A model generated the notes under the pieces. The model saw only the letters and a list, made by a program, of their open reading frames with translations. It did not search any database and had not been told where the DNA came from. Positions 37,601 through 51,533 of a stretch of 64,000 nt of DNA are shown piece by piece. How positions within the stretch are numbered: the first letter of the stretch is position 1; each line of letters starts with the position of its first letter. Both the position numbers and the translations under genes were made by a program. Location of the stretch: contig NC_043001.1 in the NCBI RefSeq assembly GCF_006345805.1, positions 34,658,001 through 34,722,000 on the forward strand, read 5' to 3'. The stretch is from Octopus sinensis (Eukaryota).

Positions 37601-39175
37601 TGTGATTTATTACGTTGTGGTTCTCCCTACATGTCACGAACATTTCGAAAACTAATAATTGCCGTAATTTCTCCTCGGATCAAAACATATATGGCATTTT
37701 CTATGTCTTGTTATAAATATCAAACACAAAAGCAGTCTATATTTATTTAGAAAGAAATGGAATGTGGTCTTTCAGAATATATAATGATATGGTACGACTG
37801 TGCATCTCTATGTTCATTTATCAGTAAAATTTCCCATATCGTCTGAAATAGAGCCACATGTATCAAGATAAACGAGAAAGCAAAATTCTAATTTCGCACT
37901 TGTTTTCTATTACATTGAGTAAAACACCGATCCTATGTGTTGTCTAATTATCAGTTTACTCGATAAAATTTGCGCACTTTCACAGGTTCGCAAATGGTTT
38001 ATAAATAATAGTTTGTTTTAAGGATACAGAAATGTTCCATAATTCGCTGCAAGCGTGAGATGTTATGACTTTAATTCATATCCCAAAGATAGTATAAGCT
38101 TACGTGAAGTCTGATAGCTTCAGCAGGAAACAGAAACCTGTTTGCTTAGGAGTCAAGAGTGAATATCATGAAACTTCTATGTTACAGGTCTGTTGTTCTT
38201 GGATGCTTTCCGGATTTCTTTTTCTTTATTCTCTAGAGTGCGATAGTTTTTTTTCCGATATTAAAAAACGATAAAGCTTTATATATAAACAAATCTGGGG
38301 GACCTGTCGGGACGGCGGCACATCATTCTTCCGATGCCAGATGTTGGTCGGTGTATTTGCCTGTAATCTTTCACAGAAATTCCTGTATTAATTCCCAAAT
38401 GTTAAACGTATACAAAGAAAATATAACAACTGTAAAGTGAATTAAAACCAACATGAAAGGAATTAGTTCGCGAATACATCTGCATTTGATATTTCCCTCC
38501 CGATAATTAGTAACATATATAGTTGCAATATAATAATACACGTATAATGCGTATAATAAATAGTAATTATTATTTCCTTAATTATTTTTTTAGAGAATTC
38601 GTTTGAGTTCGTTAGTCGTCAAGAAACTGTATCAACATCTAAGAATTGATAAAACGACTTATATCTACAAATTAGCGTTTATGTATCTCTGTTTATTTTT
38701 GGTTTATTTTACATATTCCCGATACAAAAGCGTCGTTTTAGTCTAGAAAGAAGGCACTTTGACTGGAATTTGGACATACTTAAAAGAGAAACAGTAATGT
38801 TGTATGTGCATATAAATGTATGTAAGCATGTATGGATGTACACTTGTATGCATATACACATGTATGTGCATGTGTACACATGAGCGCAGACGTTGATGGC
38901 ATTGCGTATGTGAATCTCATACATAACGCTGTACTTTTAGGTCTTTTTGACTGTAACTTTGATAGCTTAAAGATGTAATCATCCAAATAGGCGTGTTGTT
39001 TCGGGTTTTGTAAATCCCGGTTCTCAAGATAGGTATTGAAGCAATTATGCAAACGTTCAAGTCTTTCAATAACTATTGTAAGAATTTGAAATTATAGTCC
39101 GAATAGAGTGACTGCATATTACTCAGTTGTTCAGTCCAGACGTGGTCTTTTTCAGTTAGCTTACATATTATGTTA

Positions 39176-39730
39176 TGAAGGCGCACGGCTCAGTGGTTAG
39201 AGCATCGAGCTTACGATAGTGAGGTTGTGAGTTCGATTCCTAAACCGGGCTGCGAGTTGTGTCTTGAGCAAGACACTTTATTTCACGTTGCTCCAGTTAA
39301 CTGAGCTGTAGAAATGATTTACGACATCACTGGTGCCGAGCTGTATCGACCTTTGCCTTTCTCTTGCATAGCATCAGTGGTGTGGAGCGGAAAGCTGGTA
39401 TGCATGGGCGACTGCTGGCCTTCCATAAACAAACTTGCCCGGACTTGTACATCGGAGGTTAACTTCCTAGGTGCAACCTCATGGTCATTCATGACCGAAG
39501 AGGATCTCTCCTCCCCCACATATTATGTTAATATATGTGGCGGCGTGATGGCAGAATCGTTAGCATGCAGGGCAAAATGCGTTCTGAGTTCAAATTCTGC
39601 CGAGGCCAGTTTTATTTTTTCATCATTTCGGAGTCGATAAAATAAGTACTAGTTGAGCACTGGGATCGATCTAACTAACTTAGCCCCCGACCCCCGAAAT
39701 TGCTTGGCTTGTGCCAACATTTGCAACTAA
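39176..39730 (+). mobile_element. tRNA-headed SINE (39176-39420, family C-like) and SINE family B (39537-39730)
   Basis: ggctcagtggttagagc...gttcgattcc head; ggcagaatcgttagc...tttcggagtcgataaaataagtact. Confidence 0.8.
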
Positions 39731-40479
39731 TATATTAATATTTAATAGATTACTAGTTTCAATTATTTTGCATAATTTCTTCTCGCTTTCTCAGAACATC
39801 GTATCTGCGACTTGACGCTTGAACTTTTTCTATGATTTGATGAGGCTTTGCCCGGGATTAAGTTAGGATTATTCAGCCAATCAAGTTCTTTATTTCAAAC
39901 CAAACTAAGTAACATCAACGTCAGATATGGGCGAAATCCGTTGAAATTGGTTTATATATATATATATATATGTGTGTGTGCGTGTGTGTGTGTGTGTGCG
40001 TGTGTGTATACATATGGGCAACACACATACACACACACACACGTACGTACACCTATTGCATACATGTTTTTTGTACGCATACATGTTTGTGTGTGTGTGT
40101 GTGTGTTGCTCGTATATCAACAAAACACTTTTATCCTCGATGGAAAAAAAACAACAAAAGTCTTAACAAAAACTCACTCGTCGCTAGAAGGGGACTTAAC
40201 ACCTGTTTGTAAACAATGGTGATTTCTCCGACTTGAAAATTGTTAAAAGTTTTGGCTGAAAATTTATTTTTACTACTATTCGCTGGTGCCCCTGGGAAAA
40301 ATAAGTTCACGGAAATACAGTTAGGGTCATGACGAATGTCCTCCTAAAATTGGAGCGACATGCGTGCTAATTTGTTGACGTGCATAGATTACATTCACGT
40401 ACACACACAAACACATAACACACACACACAAACAACCTGCATTTTATATATACAGATTATGCTCTTGTCCTCACTGTAG

Positions 40480-40720
40480 TTTCTTTCATTTATCTCAACA
40501 CTATCTTTTCAGTGCGGACTCAGTTATATAAAGATCTGTATAGGTCATCATATCTCAGGGTAAGTAGTGCTGTAGGAAGACTTTTGGGCAGCTACTAATG
40601 ATATGGCGATTATCGCATCCAAGTAACCTACCTGCTTCTTTATCCCTTTTGTGCATCAGGGATTTTGTGGTTAATATCTGCTCCTGTATTACAAAAGTAT
40701 ATCTTTCGAAGTGAGTGCTA
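40480..40720 (-). mobile_element. RLE-clade non-LTR retrotransposon fragment (CCHC region)
   Basis: Minus frame THFERYTFVIQEQILTTKSLMHKRDKEAGRLLGCDNRHIISSCPKVFLQHYLP then LRYD after a frameshift; matches the QEQ...H(I)IS.C....Y..RHD pattern of R4/NeSL-type elements. Confidence 0.6.
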
Positions 40721-40999
40721 ATATCTCGGTTATTAGTTTAGGATAGAGCAATTTGGGTCTTACTGTTGCTGTCATTTTAAGGCTTTCTGGGATTGCAACC
40801 GTGCATGACATTTTGCTGGTATGTATGCGGCTTCCACTCTGATGATATCTAAAGTTATGCAGCCTCTCTGAGCTTATATATCCTTGGTCATTAGTGAGAG
40901 GAAAATTTTCTGAGAGCTCCTTTCTATGTAATCAACTTAACGCCCCACTAAATTTCAAACCTTGAACCAAAATTTGAAACCGTTATTTTTATTATGTGA

Positions 41000-42130
41000 T
41001 TAAAGCTCACATCTAATTTTACTGGATATGATGGAAAGTGTCAGTCGTCCACAGCCAACAGACTAAGGTGACACTTGCTTCCTGGTCATGTTTCAAGAAC
41101 CTGCGAAGAATTCTTGCAGTTCCAAGCAATGCTGATTTTTGTAGGTGTTCTACCTTCACACTTGAACCAATCATTTTTAACCATGCTGGTAGTTGAGTGC
41201 TGATCCTACCAAGTGCACCAATTTCAATTGGTTTCACATCTACTCTCCTCATTGACCATAACATTTGTATTTCCCACTTCAAATCGTTATAGTTCATTTT
41301 TCTTCTTTCATTTTGATCCTGTTGTCATAGGAGAATGTTATATCGATTATCATACATGTTCTTTCTTTTTTATTACCACAACAATATCCGGTATTCGATG
41401 TCTTGTCAGGTGATCGCACTGGATCATTGCATCCCACGGGACTTTACAATTACCATTCTGGAGCTTTCTCATACCACGTATCTGCTCTTTATAGGACGTG
41501 ATTTTCACAGAGATCCCAATAGATCATTCTTGCCACGTTGTAATGGCGTCTTTTACATTCACGTTGTGCCAATTACGGGTATTCGCTGACGATGTACCAT
41601 ATCCTTTCAATCTTCTCAACACACATTCTGCATTTGTCGCTGTCGGTAGGACTGTCTGATCTGCACTTAATATAGTTGGTCCTTAACGCTTGTTCTTGAG
41701 CTGTGCATATGAGAACTTCTGTCTCTGTCTTCTGGTCACTCCTTTTCATCCATAGCCAACGGTCCTCTGTATCTGACTTCGCGTTCACATCACTTGTAAA
41801 CTGACCGCACTTTTTTTCTTTCAATGCTTTTTGTTTTGTTTTTTTGGTGTTCATTTCTTGTTTATTTTTCATATTTCATATTCGCAATTCTCAATTTTGA
41901 CGCCGGTCTTCTTTGTATGTTTCAACAATGGCTCCAGGGTATTATTTATATACCACCCTAAGCTGTTTTCTTCAGCTTCGAAACAGTGCTGGCAACTGAG
42001 CAAACCTCTCCCACTCTTTCTTCTGGATAAGTACAGTCTATCGGTGTCACTCTTAGAGTGGAAGGCTCTGTGTACTGTCGACATTTTTCTTGTCTTGGTA
42101 TCCATTTTCATCGCTTTTTCCATTTTATAA
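41000..42130 (-). mobile_element. 5'-truncated R4/Dong-like RLE non-LTR retrotransposon
   Basis: HPKSDTDRLYL.R..GGRGL-like motif (41869-42123), AQEQALRTNYIK and KCRMC...IVSE knuckle (41573-41872), and IGALG...LQKSALLGTARILRR (41019-41297). Confidence 0.92.
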
Positions 42131-42429
42131 TTCTATTATTATTTGTTAAATTCAACTTACGTTAAAAGTCAACGAACAAAGTTTGCTTTAGAAGCGTGGA
42201 GATGAATTGAAAGATACAAATAAGGAAATAATTTTATTCTCAAACGCACGATAATGCTAATAATATAGTATGAACAGGATAAAGTAACTAGTGCTTTACC
42301 AGCACTTGACGTGTAATAACAGGGATGTGAGTTCGAGTCTAATGGCTGGCCGCCGACAGATTTTTCTGCAAAATATGGATAATTTATTATTAGCATTATC
42401 CTCCGTTTGAGAATAAATTTGTTTCCTTA

Positions 42430-42489
42430 TCTGTATTTTCTTCTTGTTCTTGTTCTTGCTCTTGTTCTTGTTGTTGTTCTTCTTCTTCT

Positions 42490-42525
<36 letters not shown>

Positions 42526-42594
42526 CATTATTATTATTATTGACTGAGAGAGCACTGAATGCCATCAAAGTGACACTGGGGTAAAATATACGAA

Positions 42595-42645
<51 letters not shown>

Positions 42646-42670
42646 CATCATCATTATTATTATTATTATG
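42430..42670. repeat. Trinucleotide blocks (TTC/TTG/TAC/TTA) and (TTA)n
   Basis: Direct reading. Confidence 0.9.
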
Positions 42671-42891
42671 CAGGCATAAGCATATATATATACATGTAGA
42701 CACATATGTGCACAAACATGCAATGTGCACCCTCTCTTTTTCGTCTTTTCCTTACTCTCATGCACACACACATGCACACACATTCAGACACATTTATATG
42801 TCAAATAAATCTATGCATTTATGCATATTTATATATTTATTTATTAATATTCATATGAACACTTAAACTCACAGTCTCAATCACACAAAGG

Positions 42892-42936
<45 letters not shown>

Positions 42937-43273
42937 GCGCACCCTGTAATTTATACAAGTACCTATATCATCCCACACGTCCATTCACACATCTACATGC
43001 ATACATATGTGTGTGCGTGTGTGTGTTTGCACGTGCATGCGCGCGTGTATATGTATGCAAATATAAAGTTGGTATTAATCTTCTCGGCAGATGCATAAGA
43101 GTTCACTTTTTATATATGGCGAAAAGATCCAACAACGTAATAAATCTTTGCGTTTCTGACAGAAAGCAAAATCCATTTATTTAAATGGTCCCTTCCTTTG
43201 TATCAACTCTTTTCGACAGCTTTATCTCAAATTTGGGTTGCTAGGGTTTTGGGTAGAGTAACCCAGATTCTTA

Positions 43274-43326
<53 letters not shown>

Positions 43327-43773
43327 GTCTGTCTGTCTGTCTATTTGTTTGTGTGTGTTATCTATGCGAGCATAATGTACCCACACACACATACAAGGTT
43401 ACAAACTGATACACGGACACACACGCATACACACTGAGACACGCACATGCACGCAAGCACCCCTACGTATATCTATACAGAGAGGGAGAGAGAGTGTGGG
43501 GGAAAATGTGAAAGAAGGTGTATGTGTGTGCAGGCGTGTCACATGGTGCTCTGACACTATTTCCAATTTGCATAATCGCCCAATTGTTCCAAATGCTAGG
43601 CTAGCACATAAAGTGGAAACAGAAATATTCATAATAGTTGATTTTGTTTCAGAGACAGGGATTAATTTATTTATATCCGTAAAGAAATACAGAATATTGC
43701 TCGACAGTTTATGCGTCCGATTTAAATTACTAACAAATGAAACAAACGTTCGCTGACATTTAACTTGTTATAA

Positions 43774-44111
43774 CAGGGGTTCTCAATCATTTTTTTGTTT
43801 ATGGAACCATTTGATTAGTATTTTATTCTGGTGGACCCCCATGGTCATTCGATGTTTAACCAGTAGTTTTATAAACACGTCTTTCAAAGTTCCTATTTCG
43901 TTTTTCACATAATAACTTGTGTATGATGAGTAACATAAAATGCTAGAGGAAGAAACCAAGATGTTTCTTGGAATAAAATATCAATACATCAAAAGCAAAA
44001 TTTTTTCAGGGCCCCTTAAAATACTATTGTAGACCCCCTCCCCACAAAAAAAAATATATCTTATATATATGGACCTTCAGAGATCATATGGACCCCAGCT
44101 GAGAACCAGTG
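43774..44111. mobile_element. hAT-superfamily MITE with 8-bp target-site duplication
   Basis: Ends CAGGGGTTCTCA / TGAGAACCAGTG; exact TGTTATAA at 43766-43773 and 44112-44119. Confidence 0.88.
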
Positions 44112-44784
44112 TGTTATAACAATGCTACATCAAAACTCGAAACTAAAACTCTTCCTCTAGTACGCGTGCGCTTGTCTCAGTCCCTTTCTATCTCATAACA
44201 TCAGTGGTGGTGCAGTACATTGCATTTTGGTGTTGTTGATAACGTTAGCGATTAATTAATAAGACATGGTACCTACCAGACTCGTTCTGCGAGCGCAGCT
44301 GTAGTCGCTTGCTTTAAGAACCCGCTGATATACTAGGAAGAGTTGATGAAAACTATTCCCTGTACTGAAGCTGTATTTCATTTTGTCGACCCCAGAAGGA
44401 GGAAATTCGCGGTTTATATTCTTCTCATTCTTGAAAAAATATTTCCATATTGTAATTATTACTTGGATATTCATTACCCAAGCATTCAGGATAATGACTC
44501 CAACAGCGAATCAATGCAGACAGCTGTGTCTTGAGTTACCTGTAACAAATAGCTAAATTTCACTAAATTCATATCCTATCGTTTTCAGATAAAAATGAGT
44601 GTGTTGTGGGCTTTAGATAAGATAAATTGCGTTTGAAAATACGAGATGACCGATGAAAAAATGCTTTTCATAATATATTTAATGGTCAGTGTTGGCGGTG
44701 GTCTAAACAACAGCATCAGCAATAACACAATAGAAGAACAACAACAGCACCCCCCCCCCCAAAAAAAAACGAACACCACCTCCA

Positions 44785-45860
44785 GTACCTATTTCTTTAT
44801 TACCCACAGGGGCTAAACACAGAGGGGACAAACAAGGACAGACATAGGTATTAAGTCGATTACATCGACCCCAGTGCGTAACTGGTACTTAATTTATCGA
44901 CCCCGAAAGGATGAATGGCAAAGTCGACCTCGGCGGAATTTGAACTCACAACGTAACGGCAGACGAAATACGGCTACGCATTTCGCCCAGCGTGCTAAAG
45001 CACGTGTCCACTCCTGTTGGTACTTGTTCCTTTTCGAGCGATTCTTGGGTCATAAGGGCTGTTTTCCCCAGTTTCATTGCCATATAGGTTTCCCACCTGG
45101 GCGTGACGTCGGTCCGTGGCGAGTGAGCTGCTAGATGCAGGAGGAAATAGTGAGAGAAAGTTGTGGCGACGGAGACGGCAGAAGTTCGCCATTACCTTTC
45201 TGCCGGAGCCGCCTGTTTCGGTCATAAACACACACATCGTCCGGTCTGAGATTCAAAGCTGCGATCCTTCGACCGCAAGTCCGCTGCTCTAGCCACAAGG
45301 CCATGTGCCTCCACAGTCAATGCTTAATATATAAAATATTTGATAGTGGTAGCGGTTATCATGTATGAATGTTAGTCGCCCCAAACTGAAGTCTATTGAT
45401 CCTAGTGAATGTTTTGATCCCTTTAAGTTAGCGAAGATTAATTAAAAGTTATGAACTTTATACAACCTCTGGTATAGTCTCTCTCTTTCCCTCTCGGTCT
45501 TTCTTTATATATATACATACACACACACATATATATATATATATATGCATATCACCGTGACCGTGACCGACCGGGCTATCAGATGTTGCGACACATCGCT
45601 GGTCATAATGCGCTTTGCATTGTTTTAGCCTTCAAATGACGCCACCCCGCTGGCTAAGCGAGCAGGCCAACAGAAGAAAGAGTGAGAGAAAGTTGTGGCG
45701 AAAGAGTACGGCAGGGATCGCCCCCTCCCCCTGCCGGAGCTTCGTGAAGCTTTAGGTGTTTTGCTCAATAAACACTGACAACGCCCGGTCTGGGAATCGA
45801 AACCGCCATCCTACAACTGCGAGTCCGCTGCCCTGACCACTAGGCCATTGCGCCTCCACA
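44785..45860 (-). mobile_element. Cluster of SINEs: family B (44785-44998), C-like (45040-45315), family C (45555-45860)
   Basis: Family cores and reversed tRNA-like heads (ccactaggccattgcgcctcc). Confidence 0.85.
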
Positions 45861-46439
45861 TATATGTATACACACACATACACACACACACACACGCACA
45901 TATATATATAATATTATAAGGGAATAAAGAATTACTCCAACCTCACAGGTATAATTCAGTATAATAATATTAGACGGAATTTCGTAATATATAATATATA
46001 TATATATATATATATAACTAATTTAGAGACGAACAACCATTTCACAATTCAGTCAATGAAGAACTCATCCAAAACCATGCTCTGAGACATATACCATACA
46101 AAATACTACTCTAAAATTTTAATAATATATAATATTGAACAGTAAGATTATTACAATTATATAATACATAAGAGCAAATACTTTTAAAATAACTGCAAAT
46201 ACCATACAAAGAAACATTCATCATAAACATATTAATCCAAAATCAAATAAAGTACAGACTGAACAATAAAAATTAAAACAATAATATAATGTATAAATGT
46301 AAGTACTTGTACAACGACTACTCGCGTTTCATGGCTGAAGTAGGATTATATAAAATCATATAAAAAACGATATCCAAGTTCATTACGACGGAAAAATGAT
46401 TTTACTCCGAAATGCATTCATTCCTCAGGTATTATTTTG

Positions 46440-46625
46440 TCCTGAGGAAAACTTCGGAGAGCGGTAGCTACTACACGGCTCGATTGGTCTTTCGCCCCTA
46501 CACCCGTTTCCAACAATCAATTTGCACATCAGTGGCACTTCGAACTTCGACCAGAGTTTCTTCTGGCTTTCGTCTCGACCGGGCTTGGATCGCCATATTT
46601 CGGATCACCGACTGCCTGCTACACC
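46440..46625 (-). pseudogene. Diverged 28S (LSU) rRNA fragment
   Basis: Minus strand GATCCGAAATATGGCG...AAGCCAGAAGAAACTCTGGTCGAAG...CTGATGTGCAAATTGAT...TAGGGGCGAAAGACCAATCGAGCCGTGTAGTAGCT...CTCCGAAGTTTTCCTCAGGA is colinear with the conserved eukaryotic LSU segment following D3 (GACCCGAAAGATGG...GGGGCGAAAGACTAATCGAACC...CCGAAGTTTCCCTCAGGA); no flanking rDNA. Confidence 0.9.
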
Positions 46626-49225
46626 TGAGTCTGATCGCGAACTTGTGACCTTCGTAGGCGGAACCAAGAACGCGCAGACCTAACCCGGAAGCGGTGTTCG
46701 AATCGAAGTGTCGTATGTGTCTGTGTGTGTTGTTTGTGTGAGTGTGTGCGTGTGTGTGTGTATTGTGTGTATCTGTATGCGTGCATGTCCCATTTGTATA
46801 AATATGACACAAAGTGCTTATGTGATAAATCAAAACATGTGCCCAGTATTTTAGAAATCTGATAGTGTCCTAGGCAATGGAAACAGTGTTGTACTTTTGG
46901 AACAACACGATATTTATAAGACCCGTATATGAAGTTTAATGCCTAGGCAAGATGACATTTATCTTTACTCGTTTCAGGTAATATAAGTCCCATTAATGTA
47001 AGTCATATTACCGTAACTATACCATATTTGTGAAGAGAAAAATCAGTTAAAATTTCTCTCAAATGACGCTATATTCGTACGCAAATAAGACTAGATACTT
47101 ATTCTTTATACTAGAATTGTGAATAAGAGATGTATTTATAATTATATAAGCAAAATATTTGCGGTGGCGAATTGAAATAAGGACCTTCCTTTTATATTAA
47201 AGTACATGCCGCAATCAGTAATACGTCAATAACAGAACCTATGTGTGGTTACCTGAACTACTAGAGATAACAGTGCAATGTCTTTCAAATAATTAAATTA
47301 GATCGCATTAGAAAACGATATATTAGATTATGTAGTACTAGTCGCATAGAATCAGAAATCCATTAGGATGGTGGTGAATAGATTGCTTTGAGCAGAGTTT
47401 TTATTCCATCAGGTCTGACTAAGAGCTTCAAAAACAATCTGTACATCGCTCACTTACAAAAAGCAACCAGCATTATGTTAACATAATATTACTAGATTAC
47501 TGCGTTGGCATTGTTGCTATTGTCTTGTTGGCATTGATGTGACTGTTGGTGATGTATTCATTCTTAACATTTCATAAGTGGTTGTGTAAGAAAGCACATC
47601 ACAGAATGGCTACACTGACGCATATATATTTTCTAGATTACCAGAAATCATGAATGCCATTTATCACTCTTCGGTTCCTAAATGGCAAAATAATGTTATC
47701 AATGATTTTATTCTAAGTCACTACAAGGGTATTATAGCAGACGGTTCTATTAGAAACATTACAGACATCTTTTGTTCTTCATGTTAATATGGCTTATCTC
47801 GTAGAACAAGTTTTAAACATGTCCATAACAACAAGAAACTTCTGTACGCCATTAAGCTAAAAGATAACAAGACAGCAAAACTATAAGTAATATATGAAAT
47901 GTGTAGGAAGAAAAAAAAATAGAACAATGTATAAATAAAATGCACAAAGCCAAAAAGTATCAGTTATCGAATAATACTATCTGAAGCTATATCTTTCAGT
48001 GAAACACATTGTCTAAAATTGTTATAACATCTGTCCGGAGAGACCAGTAAGAGACACGAATTTCTGTTTTTTTTTCTCTTCATATCATTTAGGTTCATAC
48101 ACACATAAGTGTGCAGATGTACAAGCATATATATATATATATATATTTAAGGGGTGCACATATGTATGTGTGTAAGTATTATATATATATAAATATATTA
48201 TATATATATGTATATACATATAATTTTTTTTATTGGAAAACCAATCTTGACAAGTGTCAACACGTATTAGTGAGACGTATTATTCTTTCATCATATAGCA
48301 TGATATATTTTGTTACATCTTGGCTACTATTAGTTCCTAAAAGCGCTGGAACCAACCATTTGCTAGATTTGTCTTATAGACTTAGAGAAAATGATGCCAC
48401 GTGTAGGATTCTTTTCATAATTTTGAACGATAGCCAAACTTTCTGGCTTTGTCAAAAGATAACCGCCAAAATAGTTTTTCCTGTAAGTGCAAGTCGATTT
48501 CGCTTCTTTTTTGTCTCGAAAAGTAAGTTTGGGATTTGTTAAGTAACTGGACAAGAATGATTGACAATACAGTTGCCGCATGTAAAAATAGAAATAAGAT
48601 ACATGACATAAATACATTCCAGCTAGTTAACGCTCTAAAAGCTTTGTCAGAATATTCGGACGGCTTGTATAAAAGATGATTATTGAATAAGACAAGACCG
48701 AACGTAGAAAGAGACGACTTGCTTGGCATAAGGATATAAGCAGTATTTTTTTCAGCAACCATTGTCTACTTAGGATAATCTTTTCCTTCCAACAGACGTA
48801 ATTGTAATTTAAAAAGTAGATTACGTAAAGTAATTCTATAAAGAATATTCAAAATAAATTCAATATTGGTATACACAATTGTATATGATGTTCATGTCAC
48901 AAAAGATGCTTCAGAATTGAAATAAACTGACGCTCATGATAACGTACTTCTGCATGTGAATTTTTTTCATCTTTTTATCTACTATTTCTCTTTCACCCTT
49001 TGTCTAGCTTCCCCTCTCTCCCTCTCTCTCTATATATATATTATTGTCAATCATTCTTGTCAATCATATATATATATATATATATATAGTGTATATATCA
49101 CATTGACGCACACTTACACACACACACACAAGCACACAAATGACGCAAAGAGAAAGTGAAAGGGAGGCGCCCACTCACGTTCACTTACATATGCTAAATA
49201 AGAGATACACAAATATAAGCATCTT

Positions 49226-49294
<69 letters not shown>

Positions 49295-49754
49295 ATATAT
49301 ATACATACATACGTACATATATACACACATATATATATGTATATATATATAAATATATATATATACATACTTATATGTCTGTGTGTGTGCGCGAGTAGAC
49401 TGTGTGTGGCGTATGTGTGTGTATACAGGGTGACAGAGATGGGGGAAAGACGTAAATATAGATTTATTTTTTTGCACTGAATTCCGATAACAGAAAATTC
49501 GATAACGTTGTGTCCATAGATGATATGCGAAATAGTAAAATAACCAATGCATTTATAGAAATCCTATAGGAAACTTATCCCAAGATAACGTGCATTGTGA
49601 TAATTTTAGACTAGCTGAACCACTGGAGTGTCTTGTGTTGCTTTCATTGAATTCCTTCAACAAAATTCTTTGTTCATACTACTAATCCGACCACTGTTAA
49701 CACGAGCGAAAGTCATCAGATTACTGTAACACGTAGGATATCAGTTCTGAACGC

Positions 49755-50210
49755 GGATCTTTTCGGTTTGAACGGCAGTTTTTTCTAGCGGTGTCATATG
49801 AAATTGTCACCCATAATTATGACCCTGGTATCGATCTATTGCATTTCAATCTGTTTTAGGGTTAGGGTTAGTTAATGTTAGTTAGAGTTAGGGTTACGGT
49901 TAGGGGCGGGGGAAGGGTATCTTTTTTTCTTCACAAATGTAAATAAACCCAATCTGTTTCTTAAACGAGGGACATATTCATACAGCACAGAATGTTTTTT
50001 TTTACCTCAATAGACGTCAATAATTGGTTGAAATTGCAGAAATTGAAGAAAAAAAAACAACAAATATCTTACAAACTATGGAATTTTCTCAATAAAGCCA
50101 AGAGAAAAAGATGTTTTATTAAACACATCCTACCAGTATACGAAGTTTAAAATTTTTTAGTTACGTGGAAATTATTTAAAAAAAAACTGCCGTTCAAACC
50201 GAAAAGATCC
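49755..50210. mobile_element. MITE with about 29-bp perfect TIRs and an internal TTAGGG-like tract
   Basis: GGATCTTTTCGGTTTGAACGGCAGTTTTT / AAAAACTGCCGTTCAAACCGAAAAGATCC; ttagggttagggttag...ttagggttacggttaggg at about 49855-49905. Confidence 0.9.
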
Positions 50211-51299
50211 TACTCTAACAGAGTAGGATATCAGTTCTGAACGCTGTAGTCTTTTTTCCACAGTCACTGTGTATCATAGCCGTATTTACATCCATTAAAT
50301 TTTCTATGTAGAAAGAGGGATATACAAATGAGTGCTACGTACGATAATTATTGGTTACCCATTACTTCTATTTTATACCTAACACCCATCTGCCAACATC
50401 ATCCACCAGTGAAATTATTCTCTGAGACTTATTGTGATAAACAATAATTTTGCAAATGGAAATAAAATCGTCGAACATGTCTGATCTGAGAATTTCTCAA
50501 CAACTTTGCTGGCGTACGGTCTATACGTTACACTCATGTTCTGGTTCAAATGCTTTTTTCATTGATGAAGTCTTGCCGACAAGGTTCAAATATGCTTGTC
50601 AAATTTTATTTGTGATAATATTTAACATCTATTTGTTGAAATCTGTGACAATTTTCTTGTGCAATCCAATTTTCATTAACTTCTGATATAAAAACATCTT
50701 AGACGTGCGACTTAAACGCTTCACACTAGTATTGTACTGCTTCACAATCATATTTTTTGGGAAACACAAAGCAAGGACCGAATCTCAGTGTGGATGCTTG
50801 ATGTTCAAAAGAATAACAGCAAAAGCGGTTTCAAATAACACCCGAGTATCTTCAATGAAGAATAATACATATTGCTCTGCATGTGTGTATGTGTGCTTGT
50901 CTGTGTGAAAGAGAAAGAGAGAGATTGTATATATGTATTATGATGTGTGAGACTGTATAAACTAGTGCACATTTGTGCGCAAAGTCGGTGACAAAGCCTG
51001 GTTTACTTAGAAACGTGGTTCGTCGTGCTTGAATAATTAAAATCAAGTTATAGATGTTCACAACCTGGTAGAAACCTTTCAAATGCAGCATCGCTTAAAA
51101 GATACTTAAAGGCAAAGTACATGGCGTGAAATAAAACTAAACAAAGAAAAAAATTGCTGCATATTTGATATTTATTTGCAGCTACAGTGTGTTTATCTTG
51201 CAGCCTGTGTCGTTTCTTCAGAAACAATAGAAACTGAACGAATGTCTGTAAATCTATAAAGACCGAGACATCAATGACCAACACTAGCTTCAGCACCAA

Positions 51300-51344
51300 C
51301 AACAGTATAAACACCACCATCACCACCACCACCACCGTCGTAAA

Positions 51345-51377
<33 letters not shown>

Positions 51378-51408
51378 CGCCGCTACCACCAACACCACCA
51401 CCGCCGTA

Positions 51409-51439
<31 letters not shown>

Positions 51440-51470
51440 TTACTGCTGCTGCCGCCGCCACCATCACCAT

Positions 51471-51533
<63 letters not shown>

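Noticed and set aside
48415-48762. 115-aa minus-strand ORF, possibly transposase-derived
   Set aside because: No diagnostic catalytic motif or TIRs identified
49855-49905. Interstitial telomere or fusion site
   Set aside because: Short degenerate tract lying wholly inside a TIR-bounded MITE
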